From Candidatus Woesearchaeota archaeon (GTDB lineage: Archaea; Nanobdellota; Nanobdellia; Woesearchaeales; JAZDKJ01): DNA of 64,000 nt. Where the stretch lies: positions 32,001-96,000 of the forward strand of contig JAZDKJ010000013.1 of the NCBI GenBank assembly GCA_043803105.1, in the 5' to 3' direction. The notes beneath the pieces are model-generated. The model did no database searches and was not told the origin of the DNA. It saw only the letters and a program-made list of their open reading frames with translations. Of the stretch, positions 18,163 through 28,125 are shown one piece after another. The first letter of the stretch is position 1; the number at the start of each line of letters is the position of its first letter. A program made the translations under genes and the position numbers.

Positions 18163-18282
18163 GGGTGGACAGCTATCCTGGGTTCCCGTACAGAAGTACA
18201 GTACAGCCAAGAACGTATGCCTGTTTGACTTCCGAGTTCGAAAAGGGATCGGGTAGGACCAGGCAGCTATGGCCGTCCGTTC
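18163..18282 (-). rRNA. rrf: 5S rRNA (standalone)
   Basis: Reverse complement reads GGACGGCCATAGC...CCCGATCCCTTTTCGAACTCGGAAGTCAAA...GTACTG...CGGGAA...GCTGTCC; terminal helix pairs; about 120 nt; TATA at 18301-18308. Confidence 0.92.
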
Positions 18283-18356
18283 ACAAGGATAATATGGTGG
18301 TTTAAAAAGCTAACGGTTTATTGAACTTTGCACACCCATCCACAACATTACGGAAA

Positions 18357-18920
18357 TTATTTCCAGTAATCTTCTGCTTTTTTGAGAACTCTCTTTAAGA
18401 GCTTTTTTCCTGTCTTAGTCTTAAATTTTGGAACAGTTCTTCCTTTAAAATAATCAAGGTATCTAAGGCAATTTTCCTTATCAAAATTCGGCGTAACTCT
18501 TTCCCAGTCTATTTTGGCTAAACCATCTGCCTCAATGACTAATTGTCTATTGCGCGTGTCTATATTATCTTTGTTATAGTGGCTTCCAATTAAATAAACA
18601 ATTTCTTTCATCTCTTCAGCAGAATATCCTAGTCTCTTCAGTATCCGCTTTGATCTTTCAGCTCCTAGCTCAGCATGGTGCTTCTTAGATTTGATCATAT
18701 CATCAAAATCATAACCTCTCTTCAATTTAGGATATCCAATATCATGCAAATACATTGCTGTAACAAGAATTCTTTCATTGCCACCCTCCTCTTGCATCAG
18801 TTTTCTCATCCAATCTACAGAAAAGATAGTATGTGGAATATCCCAATCTGGTTTTCCATTCTTCAGATATTTAATCGCCTCAGACTTAAGTTTCTCCTCT
18901 GTTTTCTGATCGAGGTTCAT
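18357..18920 (-). CDS. HD-domain phosphohydrolase
   Basis: Motifs H..., AMYLHDIG, HHAELGA, SH, EADG. Confidence 0.88.
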   Translation of the reverse strand: MNLDQKTEEKLKSEAIKYLKNGKPDWDIPHTIFSVDWMRKLMQEEGGNERILVTAMYLHDIGYPKLKRGYDFDDMIKSKKHHAELGAERSKRILKRLGYSAEEMKEIVYLIGSHYNKDNIDTRNRQLVIEADGLAKIDWERVTPNFDKENCLRYLDYFKGRTVPKFKTKTGKKLLKRVLKKAEDYWK

Positions 18921-19015
18921 ATTGAAATTATAAATGAGACGAGGATTTAAATGTTGGCTTTGGAGACTTGAGGCTGTCTTTGTTCTTCCTGTTAATGGAA
19001 ACAATTATGAAGGAT

Positions 19016-19627
19016 TTACAGGCTCTCAATCTTGAGCAGTTTCTTATTGAGAAGAAAGATCGTGATGACAAGGCAGGCAACAAGGGAACCAATCAAATTG
19101 TAAACCAAATCCCAGGCATTGTTAAAATAGTTTCCTACACCAGTGTACTTGAGAAAGAGCACAGCGGAAAACTCAAGGTTCTCATTCAATGAGCCGATGC
19201 CCAAGCTAATGAACACAAGGAGCACGAGGAGGTAAAGGCGCCTGGAGCGAATAGTATCATGAAGATAAGGGAAGATGAGGTTGAAGGATGCGATTGTCAC
19301 CAGGAAGGCACCAAAGGCATGAACAAGGTTATCGTAATGCAGAAAACCGAAGCTTAAGTCGTAAAGCTTGGTACCATGAACCGAAAAAAGGCCGCCTGCA
19401 AAATGGGCAAATGCAAACAATGCAAAACCCAGGAGAAGGGTTCCAGGAAGCTGCAGGCTGAACCTATACTTTCTTTGGATAACATAAACAAACAATAGCA
19501 AAAGAAGATAGATAAGCGAATAGTAAAGAAACTCGTGATTATGACTTAAGTAGGCAATAATGGCAAAGGCGAGAACATAGAATAGGATAAACCACCTGAC
19601 AAACAACTTCTTAGTCACTTTTGCCAT
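19016..19627 (-). CDS. Integral membrane protein (DUF2238/VanZ-like)
   Basis: Multiple TM segments; motifs YDNLVH, NENLEF, NNAWDL. Confidence 0.7.
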   Translation of the reverse strand: MAKVTKKLFVRWFILFYVLAFAIIAYLSHNHEFLYYSLIYLLLLLFVYVIQRKYRFSLQLPGTLLLGFALFAFAHFAGGLFSVHGTKLYDLSFGFLHYDNLVHAFGAFLVTIASFNLIFPYLHDTIRSRRLYLLVLLVFISLGIGSLNENLEFSAVLFLKYTGVGNYFNNAWDLVYNLIGSLVACLVITIFLLNKKLLKIESL

Positions 19628-20415
19628 TTGGAAAGGTCCTCAACATTATGGATGTGAAACTCCTTTTCACTGCTAAGATGACCATTCAATAATCCCTTTA
19701 GCGCAAGATTCGGAAATACATCGCGCTCAAGGCTATCGCCTGGCTGATCGAGGAGCTCCTTAGACGCAACAAAAATAGGGGAGAAAACCAGATAGATATC
19801 AGAGGCACGAGGTTTTTGTGTGAATTCAAGGACCTTGGTACCTTCCACCTTTACTGTTCCCTTCTCAGAAGGCCTGTTTGAGGTTGTCAGCATTATCGTG
19901 GTTATGGCATTGTGCTTCAGATGGTCATTCCAGAGCTCATCAACGTTGATCTTGTCAAAGACCACGTCACCGTAGACGACCAAAAAGCTTGAGTTAATCC
20001 TCCCGCGTAGCGCGCGAAGAGATGCAGCAGTGCCGAGAGATTTTTTCTCTTCAACATAATTCACACGAACTCCGTACTCTGTGCCATCCTTGAGAAGATT
20101 AAACACATTTGTGAGGACATCATGGCGCGCCACCACATAGACTGTCTTGAAGCCGTTGTCGCGCATCTTCTTTACAGCTCGCTCGATCACAGAATGGCCT
20201 TTAAGCATAGCAGTTACCCTATAGGAGCCGTCGGACAATCTCAGCAGTCGCTCATCACCACCTGCCAAGACCACACCAGCCTTGTTCTCACCAAGAGAGA
20301 TCCGCACCAGGTGCTCAATTGCCTGGCTCCTGTTCCTGATATATATGTTGTCAATGATAGAATCAATATCTTTTAGGGTCTTCTCATTAATGGTAATGCT
20401 AATCTTGGCCTTCAT
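19615..20415 (-). CDS. RHH DNA-binding domain fused to a degenerate sugar-phosphate nucleotidyltransferase domain (putative regulator 1)
   Basis: KISITI..ID..NRSQAIE (CopG/NikR-like), then VVLAGG, EE..LGTA, FLVVYGD, SLERDVFP. Confidence 0.82.
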   Translation of the reverse strand: MKAKISITINEKTLKDIDSIIDNIYIRNRSQAIEHLVRISLGENKAGVVLAGGDERLLRLSDGSYRVTAMLKGHSVIERAVKKMRDNGFKTVYVVARHDVLTNVFNLLKDGTEYGVRVNYVEEKKSLGTAASLRALRGRINSSFLVVYGDVVFDKINVDELWNDHLKHNAITTIMLTTSNRPSEKGTVKVEGTKVLEFTQKPRASDIYLVFSPIFVASKELLDQPGDSLERDVFPNLALKGLLNGHLSSEKEFHIHNVEDLSKWQK

Positions 20416-20436
20416 GAAAATGAGTGAAAAAGCCTA

Positions 20437-20483
20437 ATATATAAACATATCGGATAAAGTAGGATAAGAGTAAGATATTTAAG
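20437..20483. promoter_or_regulatory. Divergent promoter with AGTA(G/A)GA repeats
   Basis: Two TATA-like boxes flank AGTAGGA at 20458-20464 and AGTAAGA at 20469-20475. Confidence 0.5.
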
Positions 20484-20516
20484 GAGACAGGCTATCCTTT
20501 GATGAAGGTGATACAG

Positions 20517-21791
20517 ATGAACATAAGCATATCAGGAACTGGCTATGTGGGACTGATACAGGGAGTAGGGCTTGCAAAGCTGGGGAACAAGGTGATGTGC
20601 GTTGACATCAACAAGGAAAAGGTTGACGCGATCAATAACAAGAAAGCACCCATATATGAAAAAGGATTATCTGAGCTCATAACAAAACTGGTTCCAAAAC
20701 AGTTGACTGCTACCACAAACCTGAAAAAGGCAGTCATGGAAAGCCAGGTAACATTCATCTGCGTAGGAACTCCATCATCAGTGCACGGAGAGATAAGGCT
20801 GCACGAAATGGAGAGAATATGCACAGACATAGGCAAAATTCTCAGGCAGAAAAAACAACCGCATGTGATAGTCGTCAAAAGCACTGTTGTACCGGGCACA
20901 TGCGAGAAGGTAGTGATTCCAACACTGGAGAGGGCATCGAAAAAGAAATTTGGAAAGGACTTTGGTGTGGTTATGAATCCTGAATTCCTAAGGGAGGGGT
21001 CTGCAATCGAGGACTTTTTTCACCCGGACAGGATAGTGCTCGGAAGCTCTGACCAGAAAGCGATCAACACAATCAAGAACCTCTACAAGTGGTTCAAGTG
21101 CCCAGTGCTCGAAACACGTTTTGGGGAAGCAGAGATGATCAAGTACGCCTCGAATTCGCTTCTGGCAACCAAGATATCATTCATAAATGAGGTAGGCAAC
21201 ATATGCAAGCGGCTTGGAATAGACACGAACCAGGTTGCTGTAGGGGTGGGGTTGGATTATAGAATAGGCCCTCACTTCCTTAGGTCAGGGATAGGATTTG
21301 GGGGAAGTTGCTTTCCAAAGGATGTAGCAGCATTAGTGCACAAGTCGCTGGAGTTGGGATATCACCCACGAATAATGAGAGCAGCGCTCGATGTCAATAG
21401 GGACCAACCCTTAACGTTCCTAGAGCTTGTGGAAGAAACACTAGGCACTATCAAAGGGAAAAAAATAGCACTGCTTGGATTGACTTTCAAGGCTGAGACA
21501 GACGATGTACGGGAGAGCCCGTCCCTAACCATAATCAAGGAGCTAATACTGCACCAGGCAGAGCTGTTCCTTTATGACCCAATGGGAATGCCTGCTGTAA
21601 AAACACTTTTCCCTCACTTAAACTATGCAGAAAGCGCACAAGAGGCAGTAAACAAGGCAGAGGTCATATGCATCCTGACAGAATGGCCTGAATTCTCCAA
21701 GGTAAACTATGGGACCAAACAGGTAATCGATGGGAAAAATGTCTTTGAGAAAGCCAAAAGGCCGAAGAACTATCAAGGAATCTGCTGGTGA
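20517..21791 (+). CDS. ugd: UDP-glucose 6-dehydrogenase
   Basis: Motifs GTGYVG, VGTP, KSTV, NPEFLREG, GFGGSCFPKD, FK.ETDD.RES. Confidence 0.92.
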   Translation: MNISISGTGYVGLIQGVGLAKLGNKVMCVDINKEKVDAINNKKAPIYEKGLSELITKLVPKQLTATTNLKKAVMESQVTFICVGTPSSVHGEIRLHEMERICTDIGKILRQKKQPHVIVVKSTVVPGTCEKVVIPTLERASKKKFGKDFGVVMNPEFLREGSAIEDFFHPDRIVLGSSDQKAINTIKNLYKWFKCPVLETRFGEAEMIKYASNSLLATKISFINEVGNICKRLGIDTNQVAVGVGLDYRIGPHFLRSGIGFGGSCFPKDVAALVHKSLELGYHPRIMRAALDVNRDQPLTFLELVEETLGTIKGKKIALLGLTFKAETDDVRESPSLTIIKELILHQAELFLYDPMGMPAVKTLFPHLNYAESAQEAVNKAEVICILTEWPEFSKVNYGTKQVIDGKNVFEKAKRPKNYQGICW

Positions 21792-23179
21792 ACATGCTCG
21801 ACCTTAATTCATTAGAGAGCTACAAGGAGACAGTACTTACAGAACTAGAAAGACAACTCAAAGCATACTTCGGAAGCATAGAAAACCTCTCGATTGAGGA
21901 GATAAGGAAGAAAGTAGTCGAGATAAACACCTACCAAAATATTGGACACCTGAGGAACGCGGAAAACATCAAGGTGCTTGATGACAAGAACACAAGCGAA
22001 GCAGAAAAAACCATATTAGCAGGAAGGTTTTTCACAGAACACACAGCTGCAGGAGAAGCGACAAGGCTAGGCCTCGGCACAAAATACCTGCTAAAACTAA
22101 ATGAATTCAGCATGCAAAAGATAAGAGCGCTCATCATCAATGAATACCTTGATAACAAACCTGGGAAAAGTGAGGAAGAAGCAGAACTGCAAGCACAAAG
22201 GCTTATGGAACTAATTGACTTTGAGCCAAACGAACTTGAAGCCATGACTTTAGGCGAGAGGCACATGACCCAGATGGCCTTTGACTTGGTAAAACTCGCA
22301 AAAAAACACGGAAAGCCAGCTGCAGAAGTGCTAGCAAGGCAGAAAATTCTTATGGTGTTAAACGAACAAACTGCAAAAGAGATACTAGATAAATTTGAAA
22401 ATCATAATTACTATGGCTTTCTCAACAAGAATGTCCATTTCATGATCCAGCAAAGCTTCCACGGGATATCAATACAGCAAGGAAAGTTGTCTTATGATGA
22501 GGCAAGCCCAAAAAGATTACACAACCACGGGCAAATGCTGATGCAAAAATGTCATGAAGGCAGCATTTTCGTGCACGGAGAAGAAACAAGGGCTTTAACA
22601 TTCAAGGAATACCTGAAAATGCTGCAAGAGATGGAGGATATGCTCTCTTACAATATTGAAGACATTGGTTATCTTGAGAATTCGATTGACCTTGCAAGCC
22701 TGCAAGCCAGCCTTGACCTTGGAAGGCTAGGCTACAACATGGTAATGGAGGTTGTAGCACAAAACCCATACAAACCGCAAAAAGGAGGGGCATGTTTTTT
22801 TGATGTCAAGCTAGGAAAAACAGTGATGGTGGAAACCAACAGGTTGGGGGATATCAAGTACGAGGACATAAAATATCTAAACAAGAACTTCAACCATTAT
22901 CCTAATCCAGCAAACTCTATCTTAGAATTGAAGAAGCAGGGTATTGACCTTCCATTTGAAATCAAAGGACAGCCTAACAACGAATACATCTACCCCTGTC
23001 CAATACAAGGGGACCTCAACTTCAAAGTCAAAACTGCATTTGTCATGAGAAAGACACTGAAACCAATAGCTAACTTTAAAAGCCCCGCAACCCTACCAGC
23101 AACCATGAAAGCAATGCAGATGCAGGACAACCAAGATGGGTTCCTTGATTTTCGGGACAGGTTGAGAGAGGGATTATGA
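21788..23179 (+). CDS. Divergent UDP-sugar pyrophosphorylase of the eukaryote-type UGP/UAP family
   Basis: Motifs [22 protein letters not shown]; lies between ugd and uxs. Confidence 0.6.
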   Translation: MNMLDLNSLESYKETVLTELERQLKAYFGSIENLSIEEIRKKVVEINTYQNIGHLRNAENIKVLDDKNTSEAEKTILAGRFFTEHTAAGEATRLGLGTKYLLKLNEFSMQKIRALIINEYLDNKPGKSEEEAELQAQRLMELIDFEPNELEAMTLGERHMTQMAFDLVKLAKKHGKPAAEVLARQKILMVLNEQTAKEILDKFENHNYYGFLNKNVHFMIQQSFHGISIQQGKLSYDEASPKRLHNHGQMLMQKCHEGSIFVHGEETRALTFKEYLKMLQEMEDMLSYNIEDIGYLENSIDLASLQASLDLGRLGYNMVMEVVAQNPYKPQKGGACFFDVKLGKTVMVETNRLGDIKYEDIKYLNKNFNHYPNPANSILELKKQGIDLPFEIKGQPNNEYIYPCPIQGDLNFKVKTAFVMRKTLKPIANFKSPATLPATMKAMQMQDNQDGFLDFRDRLREGL

Positions 23180-24126
23180 AAGGCTGCGTGCTAATAACTG
23201 GCGGAGCAGGATTTCTGGGAAGCCATCTATGCGAACTAATGCTAAAAAAAGGGTATGAAGTAATATGCATGGACAACCTAATAACAGGAACACTCAAAAA
23301 CATTGAGGGCTTCAAAAGCAACAAGAATTTCAGCTTTGTCAAACATGATGTTACTGAACACATCACTGTTGAAGGCGAAATTGAATACATCATGCATTTT
23401 GCCAGTCCTGCCTCGCCGATAGACTACCTGCAAATACCCATACAAACGCTGAAGGCTAATGCACTGGGGACACACAATGCGCTGGGGCTTGCCAAGGCAA
23501 AAAAAGCAAGGTTCCTCTTAGCATCAACCTCAGAGGTTTATGGAGACCCGCAAGTGCATCCACAACCAGAGAGCTATTGGGGGCATGTGAATCCAGTTGG
23601 GCCAAGAGGGTCCTACGATGAGAGCAAAAGATTCGCAGAGGCGCTAACGATGGCCTACCATAGGATACACAAGGTGGATACCCGAATAGTCAGGATATTC
23701 AATACTTACGGACCACGAATGAGGCCAAATGACGGCAGGGCGATTCCAGCATTTATCAGCCAGGCCTTAAACAACGAACCCTTGACAGTATTTGGCGACG
23801 GACAACAGACCAGAAGCTTCTGCTTTGTGAGCGACCTCTTAGATGGCATTTTTAAGCTGCTGATGTCTGAGATAACAGATCCAGTCAACATTGGCAATCC
23901 TACTGAGATGACCTTAATTGAACTAGCAAAAAAAATAATAGAGCTAGCCAGGAGCAAGAGCACGATAATCCACAAAAGTCTCCCGGTCGATGACCCAAGG
24001 GTGAGGCAGCCTGACATTACAAAGGCAAGAAAAGAGCTTGGCTGGGAGCCCAAGGTAAGCATAGAAGAAGGGCTGAAGATAACCTTGGACTATTTCAAGA
24101 ATCTGAACAAACAGAATATTTTATAA
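23176..24126 (+). CDS. uxs: UDP-glucuronate decarboxylase (UDP-xylose synthase)
   Basis: Motifs [46 protein letters not shown]. Confidence 0.9.
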   Translation: MKGCVLITGGAGFLGSHLCELMLKKGYEVICMDNLITGTLKNIEGFKSNKNFSFVKHDVTEHITVEGEIEYIMHFASPASPIDYLQIPIQTLKANALGTHNALGLAKAKKARFLLASTSEVYGDPQVHPQPESYWGHVNPVGPRGSYDESKRFAEALTMAYHRIHKVDTRIVRIFNTYGPRMRPNDGRAIPAFISQALNNEPLTVFGDGQQTRSFCFVSDLLDGIFKLLMSEITDPVNIGNPTEMTLIELAKKIIELARSKSTIIHKSLPVDDPRVRQPDITKARKELGWEPKVSIEEGLKITLDYFKNLNKQNIL

Positions 24127-24150
24127 ATTCTTGGCAAGTCTTAAACAAGC

Positions 24151-25590
24151 ATGGACAATGCGAAGTCACTAGGCAGGGGGGCTCTCTACAATTTTGCTGC
24201 AAGAGCTGTACTTGTTCTTACAGGATATGCGACAGCAGCAGTGCTTGCAAGAAAACTAGGTCCTGAGCAATATGGCATATATGGGGTTGTCACTTCACTT
24301 GTTTTTGTTGTCACAGTTGTATTAATGACAGGGATAGAACAGACAACATCAAAATTCATATCAGAAAAGCCAAAGGACGCAAAGGCAATAAGTTATCAAA
24401 TGCTAAAGCTCCAGATAGGCATAGGAGTTGCGGCAACAATTGCTTACTTCCTGCTCTCAGAACCATTGGCAACAGTCCTAAATGATAAGAGTCTTGTGCC
24501 ATACATCAGGTATACATCATTGCTGATTATTTTCCAATCACTCTTTTCAGTCTTCACAGGATATTTGAACGGGCTTAAAAAATTCAAGCAGCAATCGTTG
24601 CTTAACATCAGCTATTCTGTGATAAAGGCAATACTTGTAATAGGTTTTGTGCTGGCTGGGTACTCAGTAGTTGGTGCTTTGGCCGGATTCGTACTTTCTA
24701 CAGCCATAGGATTAGGCATCTCGTTTCTTCTTTTCTCACCTGGGAGACATGAGCCAGTAACAACAAACAAGAAAATACTTGGATTTGGAGTGCCGATAGT
24801 GCTTTTCAGCAGCATAACAATACTACTGATGAACATAGACCTATTCTTTGTCAAGGCACTAAGCCAGGCAAGCCTCGCAAACAGGCTGTCAGGGCTTTAC
24901 ACAGCTGCGCTACTTCTCTCGAGAGGGCCGTATTACATCGTTACTGCGATAACGATCACAATATTCCCATTGATATCAGAGTTTGCGTACAGAAAAAAAC
25001 AAAAAGAATTGGAGAACTACACCAAGAAATCTCTTGATTACTTACTAATCGCAATAACTTTCATTGTTTTTATAGTTGCCTCAACATCATCAGATGTCAT
25101 AAGACTGATTTATGGAACTGATTATACAACAGCAGGCCCGGCATTAACAATATTGAGCTTTGGGGGAGGGCTTTTTGCAGTATTCCTGTTGTTGGCAACA
25201 ATAATCTCCGCAAGCGGAAGACCTAAACACTCATTCCTAATAGGGGCAGGATGCCTGGCAGTAGATTTTGCGCTTAACATGGTGCTTGTGCCAAGATACC
25301 AATTGGTTGGGGCTGCGATAGCAAACACAACATCAATGCTCATAGCAGTTATAGCCGGAATCTACTACATCAAGAAAAAATTTGGAATAGCTGTAATAAG
25401 CAGGAGGTCAATATTAACAATAATAACTGGGATAATAATCATGGGACTATCAATAGTACTGCCTTTTAGCGGGATTTTACTCATTCTGAAGTATACCTTC
25501 CTTGGAATTCTCTATGCAGGAATCCTGTATGCCCTGAAAATATTGGATTCAAGAGACCTTGCCTTTGCCAAAAGAATCATCAAAAACTGA
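24151..25590 (+). CDS. Wzx/MOP-family flippase
   Basis: About 14 TM segments; LARKLGPEQYG, LVPRYQLVGAA. Confidence 0.88.
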   Translation: MDNAKSLGRGALYNFAARAVLVLTGYATAAVLARKLGPEQYGIYGVVTSLVFVVTVVLMTGIEQTTSKFISEKPKDAKAISYQMLKLQIGIGVAATIAYFLLSEPLATVLNDKSLVPYIRYTSLLIIFQSLFSVFTGYLNGLKKFKQQSLLNISYSVIKAILVIGFVLAGYSVVGALAGFVLSTAIGLGISFLLFSPGRHEPVTTNKKILGFGVPIVLFSSITILLMNIDLFFVKALSQASLANRLSGLYTAALLLSRGPYYIVTAITITIFPLISEFAYRKKQKELENYTKKSLDYLLIAITFIVFIVASTSSDVIRLIYGTDYTTAGPALTILSFGGGLFAVFLLLATIISASGRPKHSFLIGAGCLAVDFALNMVLVPRYQLVGAAIANTTSMLIAVIAGIYYIKKKFGIAVISRRSILTIITGIIIMGLSIVLPFSGILLILKYTFLGILYAGILYALKILDSRDLAFAKRIIKN

Positions 25591-26613
25591 ATCTATAACC
25601 TTTTCAGCCTGCTGCCTATCAAGGTTAAGTTTTTCTAAGATGGTATACCTATCAGGCCTTGTCTTTGGAGCATAAAGCAATGCCTTAACCAGCTCATCAC
25701 GCGAAAAACCAAGTTCAGAGTAATGTGATGCAGCACCTATCCTTTGGTACAAAGACCTAAAGGTGGAAAGATCCAAGCTATGAAGCTTTGCAGAAACAAA
25801 AATGCCAATACCGACCTGCTCGCCGTGCAGTGCGCGATTGGGATACAAAAAATCAAGTGAGTGACTTATCTCATGCTCAGCACCGCTGCATGGACGGCTT
25901 GAGCCAGCAATAGCCATTGCAACACCGCTAAGGACAAGGCCTCCGACAAGCTTTTCAAAAAACTCATCAGACAAAAACTCATGCTTGGTTGTATGAAGAA
26001 AATAATCTGCATAAATAGTTGAAAGGGAGGCAGCAATGCTGTCAAAAGTATCCTTGCCATCGTTAAATGCGAGCTTCCAATCCAGGACAGCAGTTATGTT
26101 TGACAAAAGGTCACATAGCCCAGCGCGAATGTGCCTCAATGGAGCTTTACTTATGATGTCAAGGTCAGCTATCAAACCAATGGGCATCTTTGCAGTGAGA
26201 CTTTGCGAATGACCCTTGTCCATAATCACTGCAATGGGGGAGCAAATACCGTCATGTGCCGGCGAGGTGGGAAAACTCACAAAATCAACTGAAGAGCGTG
26301 CAGAAGCAAATTTTCCAACGTCGATAACGCGACCGCCACCCACTCCAATCACAAGGTCAATTGATAGTTCAGAAATCATTCCAGAGACCATATCAACTGT
26401 TGCCCTAGAATTGTCTGGTACCATGAAATCATAGGCACTGTCAAACTGAAGAGCAATTTCTTTTCCAGCAATCTTGAATGTGGTAGGGTCAGAAAGAACA
26501 AGAACATTTTCAAAGTGAAGATTATTAGTTGTGATGATTTCGGCAACCCGGGCTTTCAGGCCGTGGCCGACCAAAAAAAACCGCGGTATATTAACACTGC
26601 GCATGACTATCAC
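25549..26613 (-). CDS. Glycerol-phosphate dehydrogenase (EgsA/Gtp1-like)
   Basis: Motifs GVGGGRVID..K, PTS..HDG.CSP, GSSRPCSGAEH, HGEQV. Confidence 0.85.
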   Translation of the reverse strand: MIVMRSVNIPRFFLVGHGLKARVAEIITTNNLHFENVLVLSDPTTFKIAGKEIALQFDSAYDFMVPDNSRATVDMVSGMISELSIDLVIGVGGGRVIDVGKFASARSSVDFVSFPTSPAHDGICSPIAVIMDKGHSQSLTAKMPIGLIADLDIISKAPLRHIRAGLCDLLSNITAVLDWKLAFNDGKDTFDSIAASLSTIYADYFLHTTKHEFLSDEFFEKLVGGLVLSGVAMAIAGSSRPCSGAEHEISHSLDFLYPNRALHGEQVGIGIFVSAKLHSLDLSTFRSLYQRIGAASHYSELGFSRDELVKALLYAPKTRPDRYTILEKLNLDRQQAEKVIDSVFDDSFGKGKVS

Positions 26614-28109
26614 AGATGCGAGACCAGCTCACCAATCTCTCTTACTATCATGTCAGCCCTAATCTCTGATGACTCGTAATCAATCCTGCTTGTCTCACCA
26701 GTCTCTACGAGAACTGAGAGCATCTTTGAATTCTCTGCAAGCTTGATGTCAGTGTACAGCCGGTCACCAATGACCACAGCATCGGAAAAACTGAGATTAT
26801 GAGACTTCAGGACAGGCTCAATAAAGGACTTATCAGGCTTGCCAAAGGTCTTGTCAGGAAGCCTTTTGGTTGTCAGCTCGATGAGCTTTATGAAAGCACC
26901 TATATCAGGGACTAGGCCTTCATCTGTTGGACACACGATGTCGATATGGGTGGCATAATATGGAAGCCCCTTGGCCACCAGAATGCAAAAAAGTTTCAAT
27001 TGATCATAAGTTAATTCGGTGCTCCAGCAAAGCACCAGGGCTTCAGGGCCTTTTGCAGTCACATCAAAACCCTGCGCCTTGAAATGGTCTTCTACACTAC
27101 TGTTTGCAATAAGAAAAATCCCCTTCACCCCAGTTCCCTTAAGAAAACTGATCAGGCTGTCAGAGGAGACAAGAACCTGGTCTTGTGTTATGGGAAGCCC
27201 AATATCCTGGAAACGCTTGGCATGCTCTGCTGCAGTCTTCGAAGAATTGTTTGTCATCACGTAAAAACTCTTGCCAGATTGCACGAGCTTTTCCAAAAAT
27301 TCTTTGCTGCCCCTGATTGGCTTTTTTCCCAGAAGCAGAGTGCCGTCACCATCAATGAAAAAAATCTTCCTATCCTTCAACTCAGCGAAGTGCTCATTAA
27401 AGGCAGACTCTGCCTGCCGAAGGTCATCAAAATTATCGATCTCAACCCATTTTTCCTTGCCTATGGCACATGGAAAGGAAATGAGCTCATGGCGCTTGAA
27501 AAGATTCTGAAGCATGACCTCAGTCCACTGATTTCTGTCTTTTTGAACCTCGATGATCTTGTGGAGCTCATTTTTTATTACGGCGAGATCATTGACCAAA
27601 AACTTGTAGACATCGATAGAGCAGCCAAAGGCATCTTGCTTTGGGATCTTCTTTGAGATGTCCACAATGTGGTTATTGGTGTCTACCATCACCTTCATGG
27701 ACTCATCAATGTAATTGCCAACATCAACAGCAATGCACGATTTCTTTTCCAAGAGCATAGCTGAGATAATCTGTGGAGAGAAAACAACATCACCATTCAT
27801 CAGAAAGATGTCCTGGTCAAGATAATCCTTGGCCAGATAAAGGGAATACATATTATTGGTAGAGGCATAATCCTTGTTCTCCACAAAAGTCAAACGCAAA
27901 CCAGGATGATTTTTTATGCAATAGGATTCAATTTTGGCTGAATTAAAGCCAGTGCAGATGACAATGTCTTTGATATTGTTGGATTCAAGGCTTCTTAGGA
28001 TGTAGTACAGGATTGGTCTTCCGTTTACCTCGACCAAGGCTTTGGGCTTCTCAAGAGTAAGGGGCTTAAGCCTAGAGCCAACCCCAGCAGCCAAAACAAT
28101 TGCCCTCAA
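26610..28109 (-). CDS. Fusion of a LicC/Gtp2-like cytidylyltransferase and a HAD-IIA (NagD/Gtp3-like) domain
   Basis: LAAGVGSRL..PK, NNMYSL, EIDNFDDL; then DGDGT, TNNS, GKP, GDRLYTDI. Confidence 0.88.
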   Translation of the reverse strand: MRAIVLAAGVGSRLKPLTLEKPKALVEVNGRPILYYILRSLESNNIKDIVICTGFNSAKIESYCIKNHPGLRLTFVENKDYASTNNMYSLYLAKDYLDQDIFLMNGDVVFSPQIISAMLLEKKSCIAVDVGNYIDESMKVMVDTNNHIVDISKKIPKQDAFGCSIDVYKFLVNDLAVIKNELHKIIEVQKDRNQWTEVMLQNLFKRHELISFPCAIGKEKWVEIDNFDDLRQAESAFNEHFAELKDRKIFFIDGDGTLLLGKKPIRGSKEFLEKLVQSGKSFYVMTNNSSKTAAEHAKRFQDIGLPITQDQVLVSSDSLISFLKGTGVKGIFLIANSSVEDHFKAQGFDVTAKGPEALVLCWSTELTYDQLKLFCILVAKGLPYYATHIDIVCPTDEGLVPDIGAFIKLIELTTKRLPDKTFGKPDKSFIEPVLKSHNLSFSDAVVIGDRLYTDIKLAENSKMLSVLVETGETSRIDYESSEIRADMIVREIGELVSHL

Positions 28110-28125
28110 CTTGTCACCCCAAAAT

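Noticed and set aside
25549-25590. Tail-to-tail gene overlaps (also at 5829, 9176, 16984, 50078, 62649) as antisense regulation
   Set aside because: This is an ordinary feature of compact archaeal genomes.
25549-26613. egsA as evidence of archaeal lipid synthesis
   Set aside because: The context matches a Gtp-like CDP-glycerol cassette in a glycan island, so the gene symbol was withheld.
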